In this document: positions 12,672 to 25,134 of the stretch, one piece after another
Numbering within the stretch: the first letter of the stretch is position 1
How the letters are laid out: the number at the start of each line of letters is the position of its first letter
Source of the DNA: Azolla caroliniana
Lineage: Eukaryota > Plantae > Polypodiophyta
Length of the DNA: 64,000 bases
Reading direction: 5' to 3'
Assembly (NCBI GenBank): GCA_043228905.1
Contig: JBHGNT010000002.1
Location: forward strand, 8,680,001-8,744,000
Program-made: the position numbers and the translations under genes
Notes under the pieces: generated by a model
Database searches by the model: none
What the model was told of the DNA's origin: nothing
Seen by the model: only the letters and a program-made list of their open reading frames with translations

Positions 12672-14255
12672 CATGTATGATTGTGTGCATATAATTGAAA
12701 ATGTGTCTAATCCCAACCTTAACCCTAGATTCTTTAGCGATGTTGTTAAGTAACACATGTTATGTTTTATGTGTCCTTTAGCAATGCCTTTTTGGAAACC
12801 AAAGATACATTGCTATGTGAAGTATTTGTTGTAGTAATTGACAAATTGACAAAATGGTTAACACGTATTGGGTGATATTTTCCATCATAGTATTCTAGAT
12901 TGTCAAATTATGAAAATGGAACAACTTGGTGAAGAGATCATGTCTTTATGATGCTCAAACTTCCACAAAGTAGGCCATAGAAGTCAAGCAAACCTTTTAT
13001 TAAGGTGTCATATCAAGGCCAATTGATTTCAACAACCATACTAAACAATTCAATATACATTGAACATTAGCTAGAAATATGTTGGAGCAATAATCCATGG
13101 GTATAGAAATTTATGGGCTAGCACATGAAAGTGAGACAAAGTGATAAGAAGAAAGTTTGCACATACACAAACCAACCAAGCTTAGGAGAAGAGGGTGATA
13201 AAGATGCATTCTTGAATTGTACATGTCATAGATAACTTTATTGCCTACTTTCATGACGAGTTGCAAAATCATGAAGACGCCTAGGCCCTAGACTCCTCAT
13301 TCTAAATTTTTGATATTACATATTTTGGGATGTTATGTTTTATTTTGACCTAATTGTGCAAAAAAGTGAGGTGCCTTGTGGGATATTATTTTATGTACTC
13401 ATCTTAGAAGCTAGATCACCATGAATTGTAACAACCTAGGTGAATGGTACTCATCTTAGAAACTCAATCACCATGTATTGTAACATTTCAAGTTAGAGCT
13501 GAAGTTGAGAGTTTGGTTGAAGGAAGTTATTATAAGCCCATAATAAATATCTTACTATATGTAGAATAAATTTGGAGATGGTTTATAAGCATGAAATGCG
13601 TATTTGAGCTACAAGTCAAGACTGAACTAAGTATTCGAGAGACATTGGTACAAGGAAATGAACCTATAAAAAAGCTTAATAGATGCATCTTAATGTCCTG
13701 GACCAGAATGAACACGGTGTGCAATTATCTCCATGATCCTGTAATGGTATAGTTCATCTACTTGATATTGGCAGTCTTTAATGTCGATAAATTTCCTTTG
13801 CTTGCTCCATGGTGATTCCTTGGAAACAAACCAGTGATGTCTAATTGTCGTTGCATCTTGCATGCTAGGATAAGAATCAATTATTTATGCTTTAGAAGCT
13901 TGAGCAAAATTTGGCTAAACTATGGTGGGCGAGCCTTATCAAAAGGAGGGTGGTTGGTGGAGATAGGAGTCGGAATGGAGGATGGCACGTTCAATTTCCA
14001 AATCGTGGGGTCAGTAGTAATGGAAAAAGAAATCATTAATTCTCTAGTCACGATGGTCAAGGTTTTCTCGCCTTTCTCAATGTTTTGTCGATGACTCTTT
14101 GACCCACGACAGATTTTTGTCAAATGAGGACATTATTGGAAGGCCTCGACCATTTTTTATATCTGTTGCTGTTGGTCGGTTTCCTCTCCAAAATTTCCAC
14201 CTCTTCATTCCCCTCCATCCTGTGGAACATATGCAAACTAGCGCAGCAACACCCG

Positions 14256-16946
14256 ATGATGAACCTCCGATGCACTCTCCATCTATTCTCAATCCTTATT
14301 GTGACCATAAATTCAGCAATGGCTGCGATGGTTATGGCGCTCCCTCCCTCTTTTGACATGGCGGTAGTGCAAGCCCAAGCCCAAGCTCTCATAGCAATCA
14401 AGGATGCCATCACCGATGACCCCACTTCTTGCCTATCCTCCTGGACCACCACCTCCACCTCCACCTCCACCTCCTCCAACTCTACTAGTAGTCATGTGGC
14501 GGCACCACCCTCCTACTGCCCCTCCAATGGCACTGCTGGCTGGTTCGGCCTGCTCTGTGATAACCGCTTCCACATTACCTCCCTCAACCTCTCCTCCTGC
14601 AGCCTCTCTGGCTCCATCTCCCCTTCCCTAGGTCTCCTCCCTTCCCTTTCTCTTCTCGATCTCTCCTACAACCACTTCTCAGGACCCCTCTCTCCCTCCC
14701 TCTTCACCAAACAACCCAACTCCTCCCTCACCTACATCGACCTCAGCTACAACGCCCTCCTCTCTGGTCACATTCCCCGTTCCCTCATCCTCAACTCCCC
14801 CAACCTCCAAACCCTGCGCCTTATCGACACTGGCCTCAGCGGTGTTGTTCCTCCAGAGTTGTGGACCCATCTCCCGACTCTTCAGCACCTCTATATCTCC
14901 GACACCTGGTCTGACTCCTCGCCTCCCCTTCTCAGCATCTTGCCCACCTCTTTTCCCCCCACTGCTAATTTCGCTTTCTGTGCTACCATTCAGGTGTTTG
15001 AACTAGATAGCCTTGATGCATCCGGGTCATCGTTTCCCTCTTCCTTGGGAGATTGCCAACAGTTGCAGATCTTGTCCTTGACTGTCGCGGGTCTACAAGG
15101 CTCCATCGCCCCATCCATTTGGCAGCTTCCTCATCTCCAGAAACTGTATATCGTAGATGTTAATGTGATGGAGACTATATATAATCATCCCGATCAGCCA
15201 CCTCCTCCCTACAAGCTCCAGGGGTCACTGCCATCCACTCTAGGTTTCTGTGGGGCGGCTGGATCTACCATCGAAGATATGTACATAGCTGGCATAAATC
15301 TCACTGGCCACATTCCTGTTTCTATAGGCACCTGTGCCTCTTTGCAGAGTCTGGAGGTCACTCAAACAAGCCTGGAAGGCCCCATGCCTTCTAGCCTCGG
15401 GAACCTCACCCAGCTACAGGTGCTGGCTTTCCACAGCAACAACCTGGAAGGCCCCATGCCTTCTAGCCTCGGGAACCTCACCCAGCTACGGTTCTTGGCT
15501 CTCCAGAGCAACAAATTCTCAGGCCCTATCCCTTCTAGCCTCGGGAACCTCGCCCAACTACTGTTCTTGGCTCTCTTCTTCAACAACTTCTCAGGCCCCA
15601 TCCCTTCTAGCCTCGGGAACCTCACTCAGCTGCAGATCTTGCATCTTGAGAGCAACAACCTCGAGGGATCCATCCCTTGTAGCCTCGGGAACCTCACCAA
15701 ACTACTGGACTTGCATCTCGACAGCAACAAGCTGACAGGAAAGATACCAGCTGCACTCGGCAGCTGCTCACTACTCACCGAGCTCCGATTAGGGTTCAAC
15801 ACTCTCAGCGGTTCCATCCCCAGTGAGCTGGGAATGCTCATAAAACTCGAGGAACTATCTCTATTTACAAACAACCTCGAAGGGATTGTCCCTGTTGACG
15901 CTTTACATAATCTGACGGCTCTTAATGTCTTACGCCTCTTTCAAAACAATTTGACTGGGAAGATAGAGAGTTTGGATCTTTCCAAGTTGCCCAATCTCGA
16001 GAGGTTTAGTGTCTTCGAAAATGCTTTAGAAGGGGGCGTGCCTGCTGGCCTAACAGAGAGTAAGGCACTGATCATCTTTGATGTGCAAAGGAATAAATAT
16101 CTCACCGGATCCTTAGGCAATACTGCTACTCCTCACATCACGGGTTTATCCAATCTCAGGGTGCTCTCGGTGAGCTACAACCAGCTAAGTGGAGACATCC
16201 CTGGTTGGGTTTGGAAGCTTCCCAGTCTGCAGGCCTTGGACCTCTCCAATAATCACTTCAGCGGCTGCTTCCCTGCGTCTCTCACGTACCTCTCCTACTT
16301 CAAGCGGAATCAAACCTCAGACAGGAACCAGACCACACTCTACGAGGATGTGCCGGTCACGATTAAGAACACTATCTTCACTCTTAAATATATTCTGAGT
16401 GCACGCATCTACATTGATGTGTCCATGAACGATCTGGAAGGCGAAATTCCGGAGAGCTTCGGGGAGCTGCAAGGTCTGACAGGAGCCAACCTATCCCACA
16501 ACAGCATTAGCGGCAGAATACCTGCGGCAACATTCGGGAGATTGATGCAGTTGGAGGTGTTGGACCTGTCCTACAACCAGCTCAGCGGTAGCATCCCACA
16601 AGATCTCACGTCTTTGGACAGCCTCTCTACTCTAAGCCTCGCCCACAACCAACTGGAAGGACCCATTCCCACACTGAACAACTTCGATACCAGGTTCACG
16701 TCTGCCAGCTTCGAGAACAACCGGGGGCTGTATGGCTGCCCTCTTTCCTCCTGCAACAACAATGCGAGTAGTAGTGATCTGGGCAGCACAAGCACAAGCA
16801 TAGGCGGGCAAACGCAACAACGATTATTGAGTGTGATTTGGTTTCGTGAGGTAGTATGTCCATGGGGACTTCTAGTAGGCTATCCGGTTGGGCTTGCACT
16901 TGGCATATTCCTCTGCCCTCCCCCCTTCTCCTTAAAATTGAAGTGA
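14256..16946 (+). CDS. Intronless leucine-rich-repeat receptor-like protein (LRR-RLP), about 896 aa; the ORF is open from 14124
   Basis: Signal-like hydrophobic N-terminus, LRRNT cap (ALIAIK..LSSW..C..WFGLLC), many plant LxxLxxLxLxxNxLxGxIP repeats, island segment, C3 LRRs, FENNRGLYGCPL cap, GxxxG-containing TM helix (WGLLVGYPVGLALGIFL), short tail, no kinase. Confidence 0.93.
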   Translation: MMNLRCTLHLFSILIVTINSAMAAMVMALPPSFDMAVVQAQAQALIAIKDAITDDPTSCLSSWTTTSTSTSTSSNSTSSHVAAPPSYCPSNGTAGWFGLLCDNRFHITSLNLSSCSLSGSISPSLGLLPSLSLLDLSYNHFSGPLSPSLFTKQPNSSLTYIDLSYNALLSGHIPRSLILNSPNLQTLRLIDTGLSGVVPPELWTHLPTLQHLYISDTWSDSSPPLLSILPTSFPPTANFAFCATIQVFELDSLDASGSSFPSSLGDCQQLQILSLTVAGLQGSIAPSIWQLPHLQKLYIVDVNVMETIYNHPDQPPPPYKLQGSLPSTLGFCGAAGSTIEDMYIAGINLTGHIPVSIGTCASLQSLEVTQTSLEGPMPSSLGNLTQLQVLAFHSNNLEGPMPSSLGNLTQLRFLALQSNKFSGPIPSSLGNLAQLLFLALFFNNFSGPIPSSLGNLTQLQILHLESNNLEGSIPCSLGNLTKLLDLHLDSNKLTGKIPAALGSCSLLTELRLGFNTLSGSIPSELGMLIKLEELSLFTNNLEGIVPVDALHNLTALNVLRLFQNNLTGKIESLDLSKLPNLERFSVFENALEGGVPAGLTESKALIIFDVQRNKYLTGSLGNTATPHITGLSNLRVLSVSYNQLSGDIPGWVWKLPSLQALDLSNNHFSGCFPASLTYLSYFKRNQTSDRNQTTLYEDVPVTIKNTIFTLKYILSARIYIDVSMNDLEGEIPESFGELQGLTGANLSHNSISGRIPAATFGRLMQLEVLDLSYNQLSGSIPQDLTSLDSLSTLSLAHNQLEGPIPTLNNFDTRFTSASFENNRGLYGCPLSSCNNNASSSDLGSTSTSIGGQTQQRLLSVIWFREVVCPWGLLVGYPVGLALGIFLCPPPFSLKLK

Positions 16947-17058
16947 TTTAGTACTAGTTGTTGCTCTAAGAGAACTGGACTGCTTTGTTCAATAGGGCTT
17001 GTAGATTGGAGTGTATAAATACTTTATAAAATGTAATTTTTTGGACATAGGGGTAGTT

Positions 17059-17151
17059 TGGTAAATTTGGAACTTCCAGGGGCATTCTGGTAAATAGACG
17101 AACTTCCAAGGGCATTCTGGTAAATAGACGAACTTCCAAGGGTATCCTGGT
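17059..17151 (+). repeat. 30-bp tandem repeat, 3 copies
   Basis: AACTTCCA recurs at 17071, 17101 and 17131. Confidence 0.85.
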
Positions 17152-17685
17152 TCTTTTCCCTAAAATCTAATTGAAATACTCACACGAAGAGCACAATCTC
17201 CAACATGAGCTACCAGCAACACCTCCAACTATGTATAAATATGCCTTTCGAACTTCCTATCATATGCGTTTTTACTCCATCAACCATGAAAGCAATGCAT
17301 TGCATTGCTCATTTTCTAGTTCATTTTGAAGGTCTAGGTCCGTGTTGGGCAAAGTTTCTATCCCCTACCAAAAATTTTCTTGCTTCTTATAAACCTAACC
17401 GGAATTTCAAAATTTTGGCCAACCACTTTCCTACAAGCAACAATGTCAACCGGAACATGTTGACTTTTTGTTTTAGCATATACTGCATATCAAATAAATA
17501 AATAAAAATTAGTGCAATACTAAATCAAATAAATCACAAAATTTTGGATCCAAAGAGTATATATATATATATATTTCCCAAAACAATTTACTTTGTAAAC
17601 AAAATTCACTTTTTGAAACTTGGCAAACTAGCGTTAACAAAATATTAGATCAAATTCGATCTAATATATAAAGTTCCAAAATAAA

Positions 17686-18660
17686 TTAGATTAAATTTAG
17701 GAAGTTGCAATCTATATCTTCTATGAAGTCCTTGATGTCATCATCATGTTCATGAGAAGTTCTTGTAAAAATATGACGATATGCCTTGCTTTCTCGCCAC
17801 AACATAATGCTAGCACTGAAGTCATGTTCTTCTTGTTTAGGTCCTTCAATAGAGATTCGTATTAATGTATCAATCACATTGCTTTTTAGCCTATTTTTGA
17901 ACTTAATATTTATTAGATTTAGGCGACTAAAGCCTCTCTCACATGCTGCAATAGAAGAACATTGAATTTACCGTATCAATCAAAGCCAAGCAACTTTTTT
18001 TCCACACATCATTACAATTTATCATACCCCAAACATCTAAGAAATCTCTTCGAAGCCATTTCGTGGTAGCTTGGCGTTTGAAAATTGCATATTCATCATA
18101 TAGTTTATCATTATCAATTATGAGAGAAAATGTTTTCCCATCTATCATTTTTTGAATGCCATAAAAATTTCCAAGTGTTTTCAACTCATTAAGACCCATA
18201 GTCTCTCGTGCTAAAATGTTTATAGATCCAGTAAACATGTTCATTGGTGATATCATCTTCAATGTGGAAAGAGTCACTAGATCTTGAAGCCTCTTTTATA
18301 GTCTCTATTAATGCTCTAGAAAACAATGTTTGGAAAAGTATGGCTTCAATTAAGTCATCATCGTCAATACTTCTATCCATGATAATTCTTTTATACATAT
18401 TACCTTCTGTGGCATCTCGTAAAACAGAAAACATTCCTTTTTCTCTACCATATTCTGGAATAATTGGATAATTATTGTTATCCTTCTCAAAACCATTAAG
18501 ATAAATAATAACATGATGTAGAAATTGCTCTTCTATCTCCCCAATGGCTATCATAGCCAAACCTCCAATTCATGTCACATCCACATTTTCATTTTGGAAT
18601 TCCATACTTAATGTAGACATGATCTTAAGTACATTGTGAAAGTGTCTTTAGAATTCAAGC
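17686..18660 (-). pseudogene. hAT-superfamily (ZNF862-like) transposase C-terminal/dimerization remnant
   Basis: Minus strand reads ERGFSRLNLI..KNRL..IDTLIRISIEGP around 17850-17945, typical of the hAT dimerization domain. Frameshifted and cut at about 18680 by an LTR. Confidence 0.7.
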
Positions 18661-18678
18661 TATTGAACTCGAGAAGAA

Positions 18679-19170
18679 TATAAGGTATGGAGCATTCGCA
18701 TTTGGGGGGCAAGAACACGAACCAAGATCTTAAGGAGAATTCAAACTAAAAGCAAGAGACTCAGAGAAAAGTAAAAAGAGAAAAAACGGGCCACCTAAAA
18801 ACAATCTAAAAGGAACGGTTATAACTCTTTCGTTTATATGGCAATGAGGGGATATGACAATGAGAAGGTCAAGGGGCCTAGGAAAAGGTATAAATATGAG
18901 GCTTAGCTACCCTCATAAGGGGATTACGTCAGAAGGCTGCTGTCTTAGACACTAGTGGTGCGGGCTAGGCTTTCGTCTCGACGATCGTGTTTATCTCTTC
19001 TAAGGTATTAGTCATCCTAATATCTGGCGGTGTGGGACGTTGTTGGCAGGTTGGCTGTGTCTAGATCATAGCTCGGGGGTGGTCGGGTTCTTCTATCCAA
19101 TCTATTTTCCTTCTTTTACTTTACTTTGGTCAATTGATTAGTAATAGACTCTTGATAGTGGTATCAAAGC
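18679..19170 (+). mobile_element. Decayed 5' LTR plus tRNA-iMet-type PBS of an LTR retrotransposon; its leader is split by the Sola element and its gag resumes at 32070
   Basis: TATA-like TATAAATA near 18889, PBS-like TGGTATCAAAGC at 19159-19170. The LTR start is inferred from a decayed TG. Confidence 0.6.
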
Positions 19171-19912
19171 TTTTACTGACAATTTGTTTTGTTGTTTTGA
19201 TATTTTTTGCGTGTGAGCGATGGGGATCTAACAAGGCTCGTCATGCTCTTCTCAGGATCAAAACAACACTCTAAACCCGGTATTCTTCTTTCTCGATCTC
19301 TCTTCTTTCTATGCTGCGTTCTTTTTGGTGGAATCAAATTTGTATTACGTTTTCTTTTCTTTTCTTTCTTCTTTCTACCACGATACGATTTTAATTATTA
19401 TTGTGCATCAAGCCGAGCGTGTTTGCACTAATCGCACACGCTCAACTCATGGCCTTTTGCATATTGCGATGTATCTCCCACTCTCCTCTCTCTTGAGCCT
19501 TCTCTTACGATATTAATTATTGTTGTGCATTGGGTCGAGCGTGTTTTTTCCTTAATCGCACACACTCACTTGATGGCCCTTTTGCATATGATGTTGAGGA
19601 TGCTACTCTTCCCAATTGAGCCATCATTTGGCCAATTCTCTGGGATGTTGTGGCCATGACAAGGTGTATGTTGCCTACCTATACCACTCTACTCTCTATT
19701 GAGCCATCACTTGGTCGATTCTAGGGATATGTGGTGGTCTTAAGGAGGTGCATGTCGACTACCCTAGGGTTCTTAGCTTAAGGCATGCTTAATGTTCCAT
19801 ACACCTAATTGATTATTATTCTAATTAATTTCTAATTACACAAATTGTCGTTTCATTTTTGTATGATTTTCTCGTAATTGTGATTTACCCACCCACGATT
19901 AACTCTCCTTTT

Positions 19913-19937
19913 GGGTAAAAGCATGCGAGTGGAAACA
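19913..19937 (+). repeat. Left TIR
   Basis: GGGTAAAAGCATGCGAGTGGAAACA. Confidence 0.93.
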
Positions 19938-20163
19938 CTATTATAGCTAATTAGCTAGTAAAATGGCCATAGCTAATTAGCTATTTGTTTAGCTAGTCTT
20001 TCTTGTGGGAAAATCAAATATTTGAAAAACTAATTTATGAAAAAACTCAAATATTTGAACTTCTGTTTCAGACGTAGTGGAACTTGGGGAATATCACCAT
20101 CATCTAAGGTCGACTTCAATGTCATCAATTTCCTGTTTAGCCTAAGTCTGATTTTGAACGCAG

Positions 20164-23100
20164 ATGGAGTACTCAGAGCACGAACGCAGACGTAGCTCCC
20201 GCAACAGCAAAAAATCGACATTGCAGATTGAGAGCTACAACACAGAACCCGCTCGATCATCGTCCAGGTATGTTTCAGTTACAGAAACCCCAAACATTTG
20301 TTTTTTCTTTTTGACTACTGTCTGAACTTTGGTGCCGATTCATATTTCCCCAAAATCGAATAGGGCGAAGTCCTTGGAGTCCCATACAAGGATGTCTCGC
20401 AAATCGGGGAGTAGCAACAGGTGTGTTTATATTACTTTTTTTGTGTTTAATCCTGTCTTTAGTGATTAGGGTTTGTGATTGAAATGTCTGATTAGGGTTT
20501 GTGATTGAAATTTCTGATTAGGGTTTTTGATTATAAATTTCTGATTAGAATTTTTGAATAGGGTTTCTGGTTACAAATTTTGATTACAAATTAGAATTTC
20601 TGAATAGGGTTTTTGTTTATAAATTTCTGCTTAGGATTTCTGATTAGGGTTTGTGATTGAAATTTTTTATTAGGGTTTCTGATTGAAATTTCTGATTAGG
20701 GTTTTTGATTATAAATTTCTGATTAGAATTTCTGAATAAGGTTTCTGGTTACAAACTTCTGATTACAGATTTTGATTAGGGTTTCTGATTTCAAACTTCT
20801 GATTACAGATTTTGATTAGGTTAAGTTAAAGATTTTGCACCATTTTTGTTGTTGTTGATTGGGGTTTTTGATTCTCACATATTCTGATTTTGCACTATTT
20901 CTGATTTCTGAAATGATATTTCAGATGGCTCGTTCCTCCGTATACGAGAGTGCTAAACTTCGCAAAATTTTGCGAGACAAAGGAGGACTTCCACAACACC
21001 TATGGTCTGTCACTCGAGGGTGTTGACCCTGCTGTCCTAAGTGATAAATTGATCAGTGATATAGACTGGATGACAGTATATACAGTGCCTAGAGTCAAAG
21101 GCAAGGTCAAGCTGAAGCATGTACGAGCCGACTTGTACGATGACTGCATGAGACTGCACCAGAAAGTTCATCAGGAGATCCCAGTCAACAATGAGTTGTC
21201 AGTTTCATTTGCTAGAGCATTTGCATATGAGTACTGCAAAACAGCGAAGGAATCTAGAGACCCTGAAATGTATAGGGTAGCTTGGGCAGTCTATGGTGAG
21301 GCATCGGTAAAAAGATGCCGAAAGATGGGGACCTTGGCACAAAAAATAGACAGATTTTGGAGCATGGCAGCTGTTGATGCAACTGCCGACTCCCAGCAAG
21401 ACCGGGGGCATACACCACACCGACACCCAAGGAAAGCCAATGTCGATGATACAGGTGAGACATTGGTTAGCTATATGCTAAAAAATGTCCATGAAGCCTG
21501 TGAGACATTGGCATTTTTTAAGACTGATTTAGAGAAAGCCACAATGGCTTCTGCAATGGAGAGCAAAGTTACTTCTGCTGTTACAACAATTAGAAATAAG
21601 ATTCAGGTAACTATTGTTTTGCTGGTATGTGATTGTGTTATAAATAACGGGTAAAATGTGCTAATCAAGCATTATCTGGAATAGGTTGCGCAACAGGAGC
21701 TTGAATTAGAGGGGCCACTGGATCCCCAGCGTAAAATAGAACTGCAAATAGAGATCCAGGTTCTTTCAATGAACCTGGACCTTCTAGGTGTAAATACTGT
21801 TGCAGATTACAATTTGGATAAGCTTCAAGTAAGTTAACGATTCCTGAGCAAAGTTGGTGTATCTTTCAACAACAAGAATAATTAATCGGTAAATTTCTCT
21901 GTTGCGTTGAAGGAACAATACATTCATCAAGAACAGGTAGTTAGCTGCCTTAAGAAGAAGCTACATTTTGTGGAGGGAATGGTAAGGACCAGACAGGATT
22001 TGGACCTGAACATTCTTGCTCCCTTACCAAATGAAGTAGAACCAGAAAATGATTTATTGACAGTTCAAGCACGTTGCATCGCTTGCGGGTTAGGTGTGGA
22101 GGACAAAACTGTGTCTTTGTTGGTTCACCTACAACCATGCAACCACACATACCATCTGCTTTGTTTTCAACATGCCTGTCGAATTGCTGCATTCTGTTTG
22201 GGAGATTGCAGTACAACTCTACCAAATGAGTGGAGAAAACAAACAGGTATACCATACTGTAGCTAATAAGCTTAGTCTTTTCTAATTAGCTATCCTACTA
22301 GCTAATTAGCTACTGGCAGCTAATGAGCTACTAGCTAATTAGCTATCCTAGTAGCTAATTAGCTATGGTACTAGCTAATTAGCTAGTACCATAGTTGTGT
22401 AAAAAAGCTAAATAGCTATCCTACTAGCTAATTAGCCACTGGCAACTAATTAGCTATCCTAGTAACTAATTAGCTACTGCCATAGTTGTGTAAAGTAGCT
22501 AATAAGCTATCCTAGTAGCTAGTTAGCTATGGTACTAGCTAATTAGCTAGTACCATAGTTGTGTAAAAAAGCTAATTAGCTATCCTACTAGCTAATTAGC
22601 TACTGGCAACTAATTAGCTATCCTACTAGCTAATTAGCTATCCTACTAGCTAATTAGCTATCATAGTAGCTAATTAGCTACTGACATACTTGTGTAAAGT
22701 AGCTAATAAGCTATCCTAGTAGCTAGTTAGCTATGGTACTAGCTAATTAGCTAGTACCATAGTTGTGTAAAAAAGCTAATTAGCTATCCTACTAGCTAAT
22801 TAGCTACTGACATAGTTGTGTAAAGTACCTAATAAGCTATCCTAGTAGCTAATTAGCTACTGGCAGCTAATTAGCTATCCTAGTAGCTAATTAGCTACTG
22901 GCAGCTATTTAGCTGTCCTAGTAGCTAATAAGCTATCCTAGCTACTACATAGTTGAGAAAGTAGCTAATTAGCTTTCATTGTAGCTAATTAGCTATCCTA
23001 GCTACCACCATAGTTAATAAAGTAGCTAATTAGCTATCCTAGCTACTACCATAGTTAGTAAAGTAGCTAATTAGCTATCCTAGCTACTACCATAGTTGAG

Positions 23101-24885
23101 TAAAGTAGCTAATTAGCTACCATAGTAGCTAATTAGCTATCCTAGCTACTACTATAGTTGTGTAAAGTAGCTAATAAGCTATCCTACTAGCTAATCAGCT
23201 ACTGGCAGCTAATTAGCTGTCCTAGTAGGTAATAAGCTATCCTAGCTACTACATAGTTGAGAAAGTAGCTAATTAGCTTTCATTGTAGCTAATTAGCTAT
23301 CCTAGCTACCACCATAGTTAATAAAGTAGCTAATTAGCTATCCTAGCTACTACCATAGTTAGTAAAGTAGCTAATTAGCTATCCTAGCTACTACCATAGT
23401 TGAGTAAAGTAGCTAATTAGCTACCATAGTAGCTAATTAGCTATCCTAGTTACTACTATAGTTGTGTAAAGTAGCTAATAAGCTATCCTACTAGCTAATT
23501 AGCTATCCCAGTAGGTAATTAGCTATCGTACTAGCTAATTAGCTAGTACTATAGTTGTGTAAAGTAGCTAATTAGCTATCCTACTAGCTAATTAGCTACT
23601 ACCATAGTTGAGTAAAGTACCTAATTCGCTATCCTACTAGCTAATTAGCTACTGGCAACTAATTAGCTATCCTAGTAGCTAATTAGCCACTGGCAACTAA
23701 TTAGCTATCCTAGTAACTAATTAGCTACTGCCATAGTTGTGTAAAGTAGCTAATAAGCTATCCTAGTAGCTAATAAGCTACTAGCAGCTAATTAGCTATC
23801 CTAGTAGCTAATTAGCTATCCTACTAGCTAATTAGCTACTACCATAGTTGAGTAAAGTAGCTAATTAGCTATCCTACTAGCTAATTAGCTACTACCATAG
23901 TTGAGTAAAGTACCTAATTAGCTATCCTACTAGCTAATTAGCTACTGGCAACTAATTAGCTATCCTAGTAGCTAATTAGCTATCCTAGTAGCTAATTAGC
24001 TGCTGGCAACTAATTAGCTATCCTACTAGCGAATTAGCTATCCTAGTAGCTAATTAGCTACTGGCAGCTAATTAGCTATCCTAGTAGCTAATTAGCTATC
24101 CTAGTAGCTAATTAGCTACTGGCAGCTAATTAGCTGTCCTAGTAGCTAATAAGCTATCCTAACTACTACCATAGTTGAGTAAAGTACCTAATTAGCTATC
24201 CTAACTACTACCATAGTTGAGTAAAGTACCTAATTAGCTATCATACTAGCTAATTAGCTATCGTACTAGCTAATTAGCTATCCTAGCTTCTACCATAGTT
24301 TAGTAAAGTAGCTAATTAGCTATCCTAAATAACTGTCATGTTATTGTAGAATCTTGTGGATTAAGGACGGCACATGATGTGTCTGGTGCTGATGATGCTG
24401 CAACAGATGAGGATACTACTGCCAATGTGGCTGAAAGTAAGAGTCCTGCTATCACATCTCCTTCAGATCAGCTGCACCCTATTCTTTTGGAACAGTGTAC
24501 TGAATTAGGCAACGATGTGAAATGCCATGAAATAGTGGAAACAACATGTAAAACTGAGGTTCACAACAACAGTGTTTATGAACACTTGATGCAACATTTC
24601 TTCGAGTCTCAAGACCTTGATTCCACCCCACCGAGCCCAACTACTGAAAATGTCCAAACAGATCCCTCTGTACTTGAAAAGCTAGTTCAAGAAACGGCTG
24701 ATGTGCAATTAGCTGCTGAGGCGATGGGAAGGTTGTCGGAGGAGGACACACTTGCGCATTGGGTCCTAGAAGCAAGGCTAAATGGGGAACCAACCAGAAA
24801 AAGGCTGAAGAAGGGGCCACGATCGGGAACAAGACCAGTTACTCGGTCAAGGGGCCCAGACGTAGTGGAGCGAAATACTGTTTAG
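20164..24885 (+). CDS. Transposon cargo gene A: predicted 6-exon, 618-aa protein with a RING-H2-like zinc finger and an acidic/basic tail
   Basis: Exons 20164-20267, 20364-20420, 20925-21606, 21685-21828, 21913-22246, 24350-24885. All introns are GT-AG and phase-consistent; total 1857 nt with no internal stop. RING-like CIAC-x17-CNHTYHLLC..C..C in exon 5. Confidence 0.7.
20461..20830 (+). repeat. 13/26-bp tandem array rich in telo-box TTAGGGTTT, inside predicted intron 2 of gene A
   Basis: Recurring GATTAGGGTTTGTGATTGAAATTTCT and variants. Confidence 0.85.
22255..24327. repeat. Palindromic TAGCTAATTAGCTA satellite I (fills predicted intron 5 of gene A)
   Basis: Dozens of 14-bp palindromes with short variable spacers; higher-order duplication of about 304 bp (22921 vs 23225). 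Confidence 0.95.
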
Positions 24886-25134
24886 TTGGATATGATTGTT
24901 AGCTTAGGGATTTTGCTAGGGTTTTATGAAGTTTTACTATCCTGTTGGACAAGTAAAACCTCAGATTGGTTGTTGCTTGATCCACATTATGTAATGGAAC
25001 TCTATGATGTTTTTCCAAGATAATTTGAAGAGTGTTATTCTATGACTGAAACTCTTTGATGTTCAGGATATTGTTTTGTGAGACTAGTAGTTACTTTGTG
25101 AGTGTGAATATGTTGGTGTTTTCTGATGTTGCAG

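Noticed and set aside
11534-14100. Short ORFs in the AT-rich region upstream of the RLP
   Set aside because: They are microsatellite-derived or lack recognisable motifs. They may be old transposon debris but cannot be assigned.
14124-14255. Upstream in-frame ATG as the RLP start
   Set aside because: It would place about 44 residues before the more typical signal-like segment. The ATG at 14256 is preferred but unproven.
20461-20830. Interstitial telomere remnant
   Set aside because: TTAGGG occurs within 13/26-bp units, not as contiguous TTTAGGG or TTAGGG repeats.
22255-24327. Palindromic repeats with variable spacers as a CRISPR-like array
   Set aside because: Spacers are short and recurrent; this is a satellite inside an intron.
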